A stretch of DNA of 64,000 nt from an uncultured Poribacteria bacterium. GTDB taxonomy: Bacteria; Poribacteria; WGA-4E; WGA-3G. The stretch lies in contig CATQHZ020000001.1 in the NCBI GenBank assembly GCA_958296135.2, positions 352,001 to 416,000 of the forward strand, given 5' to 3'. The notes beneath the pieces are model-generated. The model searched no databases. It was given only the letters and a program-made list of their open reading frames with translations, and was not told the DNA's origin. A program made the translations under genes and the position numbers. Positions 30,520 to 40,421 of the stretch are shown one piece after another. Every line of letters starts with the position of its first letter. The first letter of the stretch is position 1.

Positions 30520-31878
30520 ATGAACATTATCCATATTATTTCAGACACATTCCGGCGCGATAACCTCGCGATTTATGGCGATAAGGGATACACGCCTTCC
30601 CTGAACGCCTTCGCCGAAAAATGCGTCGTTTTTGACAAGGCTTATGTCTGTAGTTACCCGACCGTGCCGATCCGCGGCGAGCTGGTAACAGGACAGGTGG
30701 GTGTATGCCGGCGGGGATGGGAACCCCTCAAGCGCGATGTGCCAGTGATTGCGAACGCACTCACCAAGGCAGGCGTTGTCAGCATGATGATTGCGGATAC
30801 GCCGCACCATCTCAACAACGGATTCTTTTATCATCGCGGGTTCACGGGATGGAAATGGATTCGCGGGCAGGAAGGCGACTGTTTAGAGACGCAGGCCTAC
30901 GACTACGAATCGCCTCAGTCCCTGCAGTATCGCGAATACACCCGCACGCATCCGCAACGGTTGCCCCTCGGGCTCGGCAATCACCTCCGAAACATTGCGT
31001 TTCGGCAGAACGAGGCAGATACTTTCGTCGCGCAAACCGTGCAGACAGCGTGCGACTGGCTGGAGCGGAACTACCAACACGAAAACTTCTATCTGATGGT
31101 GGATACCTTCGACCCGCACGAACCGTGGGACGCGCCTGAATGGTATCTTCGGCGGTTCGATGATAGCGATTACGACGGCCCTGAGCCCATCTACCCGCCT
31201 TACGGTCCGAATCCGATGGACGCACGTTCAACGCAACGCCTCAACGCGCTCTACCGCGCCGAAGCATCGCTGGTGGACAACTGGCTCGGGCAGCTCCTCC
31301 GCAAAATTGACTATATGGGGTTGATGGAAAACACCATGATAATCTTCATGGCTGACCACGGTTTCCTCTTAGGCGAGCATGGACTTCTCGCCAAGAACCT
31401 GAGCATGTATGAAGAGATTGTCCACATCCCCCTGCTAGTTTATCACCCGGATGCAACCCCTCGGCACACCGATGCATTGGCGAGTATCGTTGACCTCCCG
31501 GCGACGGTGCTGGATGTTTTCGGCGCAGAACGCGGCGCGCAAATCGAAGGCAACAGCCTGCTCCCTGCCATCATAGGGGATACGGACACCGGGCGCGAGT
31601 ATGCGATTACGCACGGCGCATGGGTAGGCGGCTGGAGCCCCGATGGCGGCAGCCCACACGGGAACGTGACAGACGGCACCTGGGCGCTCCTGTTAGAAAA
31701 CAAGGGCGCGCCGAAGCAGCTGTTCCACCTCCCCTCCGACCCGGGGCAGCTGCACAATCGCTTCAATTCGGATGCAGCAGAGGCGCGACGGCTCTATCAG
31801 GCGTTCTTGGACTTCTTGGCGCAGCACGGCGCACCGGCGGCAATGGTGACAGAGTTCCAGAATCGTTGGCCTGCGTGA
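30520..31878 (+). CDS. sulfatase-like hydrolase (alkaline phosphatase superfamily)
   Basis: IISDTFRRD, PTVPIR, DPHEPW, ADHG, HIPL. Confidence 0.88.
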   Translation: MNIIHIISDTFRRDNLAIYGDKGYTPSLNAFAEKCVVFDKAYVCSYPTVPIRGELVTGQVGVCRRGWEPLKRDVPVIANALTKAGVVSMMIADTPHHLNNGFFYHRGFTGWKWIRGQEGDCLETQAYDYESPQSLQYREYTRTHPQRLPLGLGNHLRNIAFRQNEADTFVAQTVQTACDWLERNYQHENFYLMVDTFDPHEPWDAPEWYLRRFDDSDYDGPEPIYPPYGPNPMDARSTQRLNALYRAEASLVDNWLGQLLRKIDYMGLMENTMIIFMADHGFLLGEHGLLAKNLSMYEEIVHIPLLVYHPDATPRHTDALASIVDLPATVLDVFGAERGAQIEGNSLLPAIIGDTDTGREYAITHGAWVGGWSPDGGSPHGNVTDGTWALLLENKGAPKQLFHLPSDPGQLHNRFNSDAAEARRLYQAFLDFLAQHGAPAAMVTEFQNRWPA

Positions 31879-31949
31879 TAAAACGCAATCCACCTCATCT
31901 GTCCGTATCCATTGTAAGGGCGGATTTCTATATCCGCCCATTTCCGCGC

Positions 31950-32960
31950 CTACCCCCGCGTCCAATCCATCACTACCCCCAAATACTCATCCTTCCGGTC
32001 TGTCAATCCATCATAAGCCGCTTGCGCATCTTCGGGATGAATTGTGTGTGTTAGCAATTCTGAAACCTTGAATTTACCCGCCTCAATGAGCGAGTAGACT
32101 AAGCGGGAGTTCCGTTCAAGCGAATGCTTAGATTCCCCGGTATGCATTACCGGATAAACCCACTCGTGTGCGCTGCGAAGCGTAATCGCCCCCAAGCCGA
32201 TACTATGACTATAGTTCAGAATCGCCGTTGCATCCGTGATAAACTCGCCGCGCGGTGAACCGAGGAGGATAACCTCACCCTTGGCGCGCGTCAGTTGATA
32301 CGCCGTTTCGACGAGCCGCGGGTTTCCGATTGCCTCAACGGTAACTTCCGCTTTCTCGTCATCAGTTAACGCGAGGACGCGTTCCAACACATCTTCCTCA
32401 TCGGGATTAATCAGGTGTTGGATACCGCACCGCCGCGCGATTTCTGAGCGCGCCGGTATCCGCTCAACGCCGATGACTTTCATGCCGGCTAGATTGAAAA
32501 GCTGCGCCGCCGCATTGCCCACGAGCCCTAAGCCGATGATGACGACAGTATCGCCAAACTCTGCAGAAGAGACGCGTACTGAAGTCATCGCCACCGTTGC
32601 CATCCGCACGAACGGAATCAGTTTTGCGTCCAGTGTTAACGGCGGCGTGAACGCGAGAAAAACCCGGTCGGTCTTCGCAACGGAGGCGTGCGGCGTATAA
32701 CAGAAAACGAAATCGCCGACTGCACATTTCGTCACGTTCCCGCCAATGGCAAGCACCTCGCCGATGGCAGTATAACCTGAGCCGTGCGGGAATTGCGTGC
32801 CGCTTTCCAGCCCGGTATAACCTGCGCCTTCGGTGCCGGGGCTGATGAGGCTATAGTGCGTTTTCAGCAAAATCTGGTTGGGCGCGAGGGTTTCGTCAAG
32901 TTCAAAATCTTCCAGCGTTACTGCACGTTTCTCTGGCATGACAATGCGTTTGCCTTTCAT
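31950..32960 (-). CDS. zinc-binding/MDR-family dehydrogenase
   Basis: SLISPGTE, GYTAIG, GLGLVG, VEAIG. Confidence 0.9.
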   Translation of the reverse strand: MKGKRIVMPEKRAVTLEDFELDETLAPNQILLKTHYSLISPGTEGAGYTGLESGTQFPHGSGYTAIGEVLAIGGNVTKCAVGDFVFCYTPHASVAKTDRVFLAFTPPLTLDAKLIPFVRMATVAMTSVRVSSAEFGDTVVIIGLGLVGNAAAQLFNLAGMKVIGVERIPARSEIARRCGIQHLINPDEEDVLERVLALTDDEKAEVTVEAIGNPRLVETAYQLTRAKGEVILLGSPRGEFITDATAILNYSHSIGLGAITLRSAHEWVYPVMHTGESKHSLERNSRLVYSLIEAGKFKVSELLTHTIHPEDAQAAYDGLTDRKDEYLGVVMDWTRG

Positions 32961-33298
32961 CGGGAGTCCTCTGGTTCATGTTTTTTCTCTAGTGTATCAT
33001 AAAATTGCGTTTCTATCAATTTTTTTTGCCTGAATCAGGATTTATAGGATTTACAAGATTTGCAGGATTAGGGGCCCTGGAGCCACCGCAGCTATCGCTG
33101 CAAGAAATGAAGGTTGAGAAGGAAATCGGGGGAGTGCAGGAACCGTCTCGCAGCCCCGTAGCGTGAAAACCTGGGGCGGCCGCCAGAAACCCTCACGCAC
33201 GCCTGTAGCGCGAGGGAAAACCTGTCCCTCGCCGTGCTGCTTCAGAAAAGCAAGAGCTCCGAGCAGGACAGTCCTGTTATGCGCCATCGCGCGGTAGC

Positions 33299-33859
33299 CT
33301 AGAGATGCGTCCGGGTCGGTGTGAACGGCACGACGTTCGGTGGAAGCGATGGCTCGGCTGTCTTCGCCTTCTCCGCCTGCACCGGTGCGGCCTTGATGAC
33401 AGGTAAGGGAATACCGCGTGCAGCCAACTGCTGCTGTTCGTCTGCCAGCGCACGGCTGTCGTCTTCATCGGTACCGGGTAGGTGATGTTTCTCACGTTCA
33501 TCTGCTAAGTTACACGTGGATTTCTTGGTGCCGCGGATGCTCGGCTCAGCGGAGAGCATCTCTCGCAGCGTCTGCATCGCCTCGTGGATAGCAGGCTCCG
33601 TGATGCCTAGCACGTCTGCCAATAACCGCGCATCCAAGACATGCCGCCATGCGTCGCGGTGGCACTCGTTGTAGGGCAGCATCCGATAGGATTTCAAGTC
33701 GGCGAATACCGCATCCGCCGCTTGCAACTGCTTGTCGGTGAGCTGGCGCACGTCGAGGGTCGGCAGCGATTCCAAACCCGCCAGTCCAAATTTCCCGCGT
33801 CCCGGTTGCTGTTTACCACTGTGCATCCAATGGTAAAGCAAACCTAACGTAGAATTAAT
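33299..33859 (-). pseudogene. C-terminal fragment of a large type IIG-like RM/methyltransferase protein
   Basis: Frame reads NSTLGLLYHW..GKQQPGRG..LPTLDVR..AEPSIRG with no start or SD; cut at the 33860 repeat. Confidence 0.55.
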
Positions 33860-34027
33860 GGGAGTTGGCTGTCATCAAACTTAATTAGGGTGCCAATTAG
33901 ACACCCCCTCTTTATTATTAATATAGTTAGTGCGATAGGGAAGAACAAACAGACATCCAAATTTATTGTTGTCCTATCCGTACTCCGTAAAGGCGGACTA
34001 AAATCCGCTCTAGCCCGCCAATACGCT

Positions 34028-34414
34028 TTATGGATCGGTAAATTGATTCAGGATGGTTAGGAACTCACCCACGGTTTTAGCTCCAAACTTCTGATGGGAC
34101 TCGATCCAATTCTTGATGCCCACATCACCACCGGGTGCAAACCAATGGATTCTGTCTACACGCTCAAGCCAGTCGTTAGAGACTGCAAACTGCGCAGACA
34201 CTCCAGCAATCTGGTCGTTGCTGTAGAGTGGCTTTGCCAAGTAATCGTTAATCGGGGTCAACCGGCGCCAGATTTCGCTTTTAATATCCGCGTATCTGAC
34301 TTTGCCCAACCTCAATAACGTGTCATAATAAACGACCGCGATGACTGGACGTGCTTCGGTTTGCTGCAGAATCAAAATCTGCTCGGATGTGAGATTGCCA
34401 CTTACTGCTGACAT
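34028..34414 (-). CDS. hypothetical protein, paralog of 34575-34970, wHTH-like
   Basis: SD AAGGAG; about one-third identity to its neighbour by hand alignment. Confidence 0.78.
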   Translation of the reverse strand: MSAVSGNLTSEQILILQQTEARPVIAVVYYDTLLRLGKVRYADIKSEIWRRLTPINDYLAKPLYSNDQIAGVSAQFAVSNDWLERVDRIHWFAPGGDVGIKNWIESHQKFGAKTVGEFLTILNQFTDP

Positions 34415-34574
34415 GTTATGTCTCCTTCAGTTATGCCTACACCCAACACTTTGGTAGTTGGCTGTCATCAAACTTAATCAGGTGCCAGTTTCAATTCCCT
34501 TCCACCGGGCAAGCGCATCTCAACATTACTTTGACGATTGCGCCGACCGGCTATGTGTCCGAGTTGATAGCTGC

Positions 34575-34970
34575 CTATTCGATTACCGGATTTTCGATCG
34601 CACCGAGTGCAGCCAGCAACCGATAGCGGTGATCAGGCTCCAATCGGCTGTCTATCCAATCCGCGGCTAGTTCAGCGCAGCCATCTTTGAAAGCGTTTTC
34701 GCCATTCTGCCGCGTTGTCCAACCTTTATACTGATTAAACTGCTGGAGCACGCCAGCGACAGCATACGCAGGATAATGCTGCGTTGATGCCGCCAATTCG
34801 TCGTAGATTGGAGCGAGCCGACGCTCGACCTCGGCGGTAATATCACTTTGGATAGCCACGCCATCACGAACGAGGATATCGTTAACAATAATTCGGACCG
34901 CATCTCTTTCGGGTGTCCGATTGATCAGTGCTAACTGATTGGCGGTGAGGTTCTGTTTACGAGTAGCCAT
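34575..34970 (-). CDS. hypothetical protein, paralog of 34028-34414, wHTH-like
   Basis: SD AGGAG before ATG 34970 (MATRKQNLT). Confidence 0.78.
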   Translation of the reverse strand: MATRKQNLTANQLALINRTPERDAVRIIVNDILVRDGVAIQSDITAEVERRLAPIYDELAASTQHYPAYAVAGVLQQFNQYKGWTTRQNGENAFKDGCAELAADWIDSRLEPDHRYRLLAALGAIENPVIE

Positions 34971-35316
34971 TATTAAATCTCCTATAATAATGTCCATACC
35001 CAACAAGGGGAGTGATCGATCATTAACTAATCAGGGATGCCTTGATATTACCTATTAATATAACCAATGGGCTGTGGATATCCAAACCGACAACTTAATT
35101 AATGGTTGTCAGTTAACGACGCGCGTTTGTTTGCATAATATGCCAAGATCTGATTAGTGCCGGACTCCTCGCGTATCTTATGCATCTCCTTGTCGAATTG
35201 CTGAGCCTTATAGTCAAAGCGTTTCCCTTCCCTTCCACCGGGACAGCGCAACTCAACTTAATCATCGCATCTAACATGCCTGTTGCAGTGCCAGTTTTTC
35301 GATTATTACCGGTTAA

Positions 35317-35345
35317 AGTTTAACATTTTATCACATTTATGTCAA
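35317..35345 (-). promoter_or_regulatory. sigma70 promoter driving the paralog island
   Basis: TTGACA-17-TAAACT. Confidence 0.7.
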
Positions 35346-35369
35346 ACTTTTTTCGTGCGCGTTTGGAAA

Positions 35370-36545
35370 TTAACCAAACAGTGCCCGCCGCATTTGCCGG
35401 ACCGCCTGCCGAATCCTATCCTCATTTTCTACGAGCGCGATGCGGACATAGCCCTCACCGTTATGCCCAAAGCCAGCGCCGGGAGAAACACACACCTCCG
35501 CCTCGTTTAGCAGCTTCATTGAGAACTCCAGGGAGGTAAGATGCCGCCACGGTTCGGGAATCGGGGCCCAGACGAACATGGATGCACGCGGTGCCTTCAC
35601 ATGCCAGCCGATGCGGTTTAATCCGTCAACCAGCACATCGCGACGTTTCCGATAGACCTCGGCGTTTTCCTGAACGACATCCGCCGGCGTGCGCAATGCC
35701 ATAATCGAGGCGACTTGGATAGGCGCGAAAATGCCGTAATCGTAGTAGCCTTTGATACGCGCAAGTGCCTCTATAATGTCGCGGTTGCCGACGGCAAACC
35801 CGCACCGCCAGCCCGCCATGTTGTAGGATTTGGACAGCGATAAAAATTCAACGCCTACATCTTTCGCACCCTTCGCCTGCAGGAAACTGGGGGCCTCGTA
35901 GCCATCAAAAACGATGTCGGCATACGCTAAGTCGTGGATGACTACTATATCCTGCCGTTTGGCGAAGTCGACAACCTCTTCAAAGAACGCCAAGTCTGTC
36001 ACCGCACCGGTAGGATTATGCGGGAAACTCAAGATAAGCACCTTCGGGCGCGGCCAAATATCGCGCGTGATTTCGGCGAGAGAGGGGACGAAATGGTTCT
36101 CCTCGGTTAAGGGAATGCTGACGACGCTACCGCCCGCGAGGACGATGCTGTAAGTATGAATGGGAAATGTGGGATTCGGCACCATCGCCAGATCGCCTTC
36201 GTCAATCAGCGCGAGGGCCAGATGACCGAGGCCCTCTTTCGTTCCGATAACAGCAATGGCTTCTTCGTCCGCATCGATGCTGACACCGAACCGGCGTTCA
36301 TAATGCCAACTGACTTCGCGGCGGAGATTGAAAATGCCGCGCGATGCAGAGTAGCGGTGGTGCCGGAGCTCCTGCGCGGCTTCGGTGAGCTTGTCAATAA
36401 TAGGCTGAGGTGTGGGTTGATTCGGATTCCCCATCCCCAAATCGATAATATCGATGCCGAGCTGCCGGCGTTCGTGCGTTAACTGCTTGAGTTTGCCAAA
36501 CATATACGGCGGCAACCGATTCAAGCGTTTTGAGAATATGTTCAT
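35370..36545 (-). CDS. class I/II PLP aminotransferase (AlaC/LL-DAP aminotransferase-like)
   Basis: RLPPY, DLGMGNP, GTKEG, FPHNPTG, HDLAY, SLSKSYNMAGWR. Confidence 0.92.
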   Translation of the reverse strand: MNIFSKRLNRLPPYMFGKLKQLTHERRQLGIDIIDLGMGNPNQPTPQPIIDKLTEAAQELRHHRYSASRGIFNLRREVSWHYERRFGVSIDADEEAIAVIGTKEGLGHLALALIDEGDLAMVPNPTFPIHTYSIVLAGGSVVSIPLTEENHFVPSLAEITRDIWPRPKVLILSFPHNPTGAVTDLAFFEEVVDFAKRQDIVVIHDLAYADIVFDGYEAPSFLQAKGAKDVGVEFLSLSKSYNMAGWRCGFAVGNRDIIEALARIKGYYDYGIFAPIQVASIMALRTPADVVQENAEVYRKRRDVLVDGLNRIGWHVKAPRASMFVWAPIPEPWRHLTSLEFSMKLLNEAEVCVSPGAGFGHNGEGYVRIALVENEDRIRQAVRQMRRALFG

Positions 36546-36549
36546 TTTT

Positions 36550-37251
36550 TCATGTCGGCCGAGCATTGTCTCTGCTTTCAGGCCGCGTTGTCTTTTTAAA
36601 TGCGCTTGCGGCGTTGTGGGCCTGCCGGGTCGGTTCCGGCAGGCGATACCCACTGCCACAAGTGAAACAGAATGTTATTGCCGAATCCAACGCGATGCGG
36701 TGTCCTATTGACACATAGATAGGCCGCACGTTGGAACGGGTTCGGACGACGGCTCCGATAACCTCGTCCGCGTCATACAGATATTCATAAGCCCCGCGTT
36801 CGGTGTCGGGTGCCGCGTATCGGCCGCAGAGGCGGGACTTTGCACACCCAATCGTCGGTTTATCCAGAAGCAGTCCCAAATGCGCTGCGATGCCAAACCG
36901 CCGGGGGTGTGCAATACCGTGCCCATCAACCATCACGAGGGACGGCTCAGCTTGCAACTGGGAAAACGCCTCCAACAGCGGCGGGATTTCCCGAAACGAG
37001 AGCAACCCCGGGATGTAAGGAAAACGGACAGGACTCTCCACAACCACGCGCTCTACCACCTGCAATTCGGGGAAGCTGAGGACGACTACGGCGGCGAGTG
37101 CCGTGTCTTTCCGCAGCCCGATGTCCACACCGGCGACGGTGTCAATTGTCCCCTGCCGGTCTGCCCGAATCACCTTGTCGCGTAACTCGTTTTGAATACG
37201 CCGCGCTTCGGCAGGCGTAACGTCCCATGCGTGTAAGGAGTCGTAGTGCAT
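36550..37251 (-). CDS. nfi: endonuclease V
   Basis: [46 protein letters not shown]. Confidence 0.96.
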   Translation of the reverse strand: MHYDSLHAWDVTPAEARRIQNELRDKVIRADRQGTIDTVAGVDIGLRKDTALAAVVVLSFPELQVVERVVVESPVRFPYIPGLLSFREIPPLLEAFSQLQAEPSLVMVDGHGIAHPRRFGIAAHLGLLLDKPTIGCAKSRLCGRYAAPDTERGAYEYLYDADEVIGAVVRTRSNVRPIYVSIGHRIALDSAITFCFTCGSGYRLPEPTRQAHNAASAFKKTTRPESRDNARPT

Positions 37252-37331
37252 TGCTGCAGTTTCTCCGGTAGAAGGATTTCCGGTCGCGATGTGGAAATCG
37301 CTCTTACCAGAATAGTATACCCGAAACCAAG

Positions 37332-37496
37332 TCAATTGTCAAGTCTTTCTTCCTTGACGTTTTTGACTTCAACGGTTCTGGGTTTTGCGATACGCTGGAT
37401 GCCGGCGAAAAAGGCGTTCAGCATCAAATAGCCGCCGCCGATTCCGACTAAGGTCCCTAAGCCGCCGATAATAAATTCGATTCCGCTAAACATCAT
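37332..37496 (-). CDS. small membrane protein, about 54 aa
   Basis: SD CAGGAGG; one hydrophobic helix. Confidence 0.6.
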   Translation of the reverse strand: MMFSGIEFIIGGLGTLVGIGGGYLMLNAFFAGIQRIAKPRTVEVKNVKEERLDN

Positions 37497-37994
37497 CTGT
37501 GCCTCCTGAATGAGTTGTGTGCGGTGCCCTGATGTGGGCACCCGGTTTTCCGCCGAGAGAGAAAAGACTATGGTTTGCACCTTCTGCCGCAAACTTAATA
37601 ACATAAACGATGAGTCTGTGCTCAGGTTTCAAATCGAGCGCAATTAATACATTAGCAAAAATTGTGCCAATGTTAAAGCGGGATATTTTCAGAAAATGTG
37701 TAGGATGAGACACAAAAAGGTTGGAAATCTGCAGGGAAGGTGTGTTAAAATAGAGACATGCATCAAAAACGTAACTTTTTGTCAAGTTTTTACGTCTAAA
37801 TTCAAAAGGATGGACGCAGCGTAACCCCGGTAGGCGCGCTTTTCGGAAAGCGTGCACGCGCGGTGAGGGTAAGGGTGGATTTCTCTATCCGCCTGTAGCC
37901 CGCGGAAAAAACAACCCGTTTCTTTCTCTGAATTTTCATGAAAGCGCGCCTACCGAACGGGAGTTACGGCATTCAAATTGAGGAGAACAGACAG

Positions 37995-38567
37995 ATGTTA
38001 TATTTGGACACGTTTGAAAATCTCGCGCAAGACAAAACACAAAACCGGTTCGCTATCTCCCACGAGGCGGTGGAAGGATTGCGTACTCTGCCGGAACTCG
38101 CGCCGGCCGCGGAATTGCTGGAGAAATGGCAAGCGCAGCAAATCGGATGGGACGAATTTGAGCGTGCCTTCAAGGACCAGCTCCGCGCGGAATACCGAAA
38201 AGATGAGAAGAGCCGGCTCAAGGGCCTCGCGAAGTATTGCCTCGCGAACGAGGTGGTTCTCTATTCACCGGAACCCCCCGGCGCGCAGACTTACCGGGCG
38301 ATTCTGGCGGAGGTGATTAACAGCATTTGGGAACGGAGTGGAGAAACGACGCGCGCCGTAGACCGGGCTGCCGAGCCCGCCGAAGAAAGCGCGCTCTCCG
38401 GGGAACACCGAACACAAATGGAAGAAATCGCAGAGGCATGCGAATTCTTTCAAGCGGTGGCTACAACCTACCTCCGCAAATCGTGCCTGCGCTGCGAGTA
38501 TCTGGACGCGCGTATCTATACCTGCGCGAAGTTAGGCAAGCCGGTCATCAACTACAAATGGAGTTAG
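37995..38567 (+). CDS. DUF488-like protein with a C-terminal Cys cluster
   Basis: PELAP..ELL...WDEF..F..QL pattern; C..F..CLRC...C tail; SD GAGGAG. Confidence 0.6.
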   Translation: MLYLDTFENLAQDKTQNRFAISHEAVEGLRTLPELAPAAELLEKWQAQQIGWDEFERAFKDQLRAEYRKDEKSRLKGLAKYCLANEVVLYSPEPPGAQTYRAILAEVINSIWERSGETTRAVDRAAEPAEESALSGEHRTQMEEIAEACEFFQAVATTYLRKSCLRCEYLDARIYTCAKLGKPVINYKWS

Positions 38568-38637
38568 GGAACCTCGCTGTAAGGACGGATGTCATTAAAT
38601 ATCCGCCCATTCCCCTCCCGGGTCTGGGGATACCCCA

Positions 38638-39369
38638 CTATTCCAAAAACTCAGCGATAACCGGCGGCACCAGATGTGTAATCGTTTCGCCTTGCTCCAG
38701 CCGCAGGCGGATCTCCGTTGACGAAACGTCGGCGTATGCATCTGGCAACACGAGACTTGAAACGAACGGCGCATACGGGCGCGTCGCCGGTTGCGCCATG
38801 AACGCCACTATCGCCTCCACATCTGCGTCGGCGCGATTCGCCACGATGAAGCGGCACGCAGCAAAGAGTTCACGCAATTCCGCATCAAAGTCCGTGTAGT
38901 ATTTCGCGTCAAAGATTCGGATGAGGGTGTCGTATCCAACAATGAAATGGAATTCGGTTTGCGGCGGATACAAGGCACTTAAAGCGGTGATTTTGTCAAT
39001 ATACCTGCCGTGACTTGAGGCACCGACAGAGAAGCCGGGGCGGCTTTCCGCATATCGCTTGAGGGTGACAAGGCGCGCGGCGAGCGGCAAACCGAATACC
39101 CCCTTATCCACATTCGCTTTGGCAAGGAGCAGGAGCAGTTCGTCCAATTGGAATTGCGCGACTGCCTGCTCCGCCATCGCGGCGTGCGCCACGGTTATGG
39201 GGTTGAACGAGCCCGAAAAGATGCCGAGTCGCTTAATTTCTCCGTTGCCGGAGGCACGCTTTGCAAGCGCGCCCGCCTGGACGATTTCTATCCGTGGTAG
39301 TCCTGCCAGATCTAGCGCCTCAAAGAGTCGCGCGAACCGTTCATAGTCAGGAGAGTTAAGAAATTTCAT
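38638..39369 (-). CDS. nadD: nicotinate/nicotinamide-nucleotide adenylyltransferase-like
   Basis: GSFNPITVAH, ANVDK, VGYDT, VSSTEIR. Confidence 0.78.
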   Translation of the reverse strand: MKFLNSPDYERFARLFEALDLAGLPRIEIVQAGALAKRASGNGEIKRLGIFSGSFNPITVAHAAMAEQAVAQFQLDELLLLLAKANVDKGVFGLPLAARLVTLKRYAESRPGFSVGASSHGRYIDKITALSALYPPQTEFHFIVGYDTLIRIFDAKYYTDFDAELRELFAACRFIVANRADADVEAIVAFMAQPATRPYAPFVSSLVLPDAYADVSSTEIRLRLEQGETITHLVPPVIAEFLE

Positions 39370-39591
39370 TTTAGATTGAATAGGACTTACGCAGAAACGG
39401 TTCCGGTAGGCGAGTCGGTGCGATGGCGTGATACGGTGCAACGGGCACGCTTGTGTCAGCGGCATGCGTTGCATCGCAAAATCATGCTTCCTTATCGCGC
39501 AACGTTTAGGCGCGACGGTTTGAAACCGCGCCTACGGACACGTGATTGTAGGCGCGGATATTTAAGACATCCGCCCTTACGAATTTTGGGA

Positions 39592-40380
39592 TTAGACATG
39601 TTTCTTGGCGGCTTCCCAGATTGCGTCAAGTCCCGCCAGATCATAGTCTTCAAAGGATTTCCCGCGGCGTTCGACTTCTGCTTCCATCCATTTGAAGCGC
39701 GCCGTGAATTTGCGATTTGCTTTCCGCAACGCCTCTTCCGCTTGGACGTTCATAAAGCGGCATAGGTTCACGACAGTGAACAACAGGTCACCGAGTTCCA
39801 TCTCGGTTGCATCAGGTTCGTTCGCCTTGATGCTCGCCTTCACCTCGCCGACTTCTTCGTCAATCTTGGCGACGACATCGGAGAGTTCTTCCCAATCAAA
39901 CCCGACATCTGCGGCGCGTCGCTGGAGTTTCTGTGCCTTTTGCAGGCTAGGCAGCGCGTCCGGCACGCCGTCAAGCACGGAGTGTCTATCTTCGTAGCCG
40001 CGCTCTTGCCGTTTGATCTCTTCCCAATTTTTGACGACGGTGTCGGCATCGTCCGCCTGCACGTTGCCGAAGACGTGCGGGTGCCGGCGGATGAGTTTCT
40101 CGGCAAGAGTCTCAATGACATCGCTAATGGTGAAATGCTGATTTTCCGCTGCAATCTGTGCTTGAAGCATGACGTTGAGAAGCAGGTCGCCGAGTTCCTC
40201 CTTCAGTTTCTCTGGCACAGCGGCATCGATGGCTTCCACTACCTCGTAGGTTTCCTCGATGAGCGTGCGTTTGAGCGTCTCGTGCGTCTGCGCGCGGTCC
40301 CAGGGGCATCCGTTGTCGCTCCGTAGCATTGCGATGACGTTAACGAGTGCTTCAAATAGTTCTTTCTGATCTCTTTGCAT
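39592..40380 (-). CDS. mazG: nucleoside triphosphate pyrophosphohydrolase
   Basis: GCPWDRAQT, EETYE, EELGDLL, RRHPHVF, ELGDLLF. Confidence 0.96.
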   Translation of the reverse strand: MQRDQKELFEALVNVIAMLRSDNGCPWDRAQTHETLKRTLIEETYEVVEAIDAAVPEKLKEELGDLLLNVMLQAQIAAENQHFTISDVIETLAEKLIRRHPHVFGNVQADDADTVVKNWEEIKRQERGYEDRHSVLDGVPDALPSLQKAQKLQRRAADVGFDWEELSDVVAKIDEEVGEVKASIKANEPDATEMELGDLLFTVVNLCRFMNVQAEEALRKANRKFTARFKWMEAEVERRGKSFEDYDLAGLDAIWEAAKKHV

Positions 40381-40421
40381 AGTTTCTCCATCATTTTCAG
40401 GGGCAACTGAATGCTCTGGTA

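Noticed and set aside
23718-33311. Shared 14-mer CCTAGAGATGCGTC at 23718 and 33298 as att sites
   Set aside because: Several 14-mer matches are expected by chance in 64 kb; the enclosed genes look native and there is no integrase
33860-35345. Classical integron cassette array
   Set aside because: GTTGGGT fits GTTRRRY, but there is no proper RYYYAAC inverse core or attC fold after the stops, and no intI
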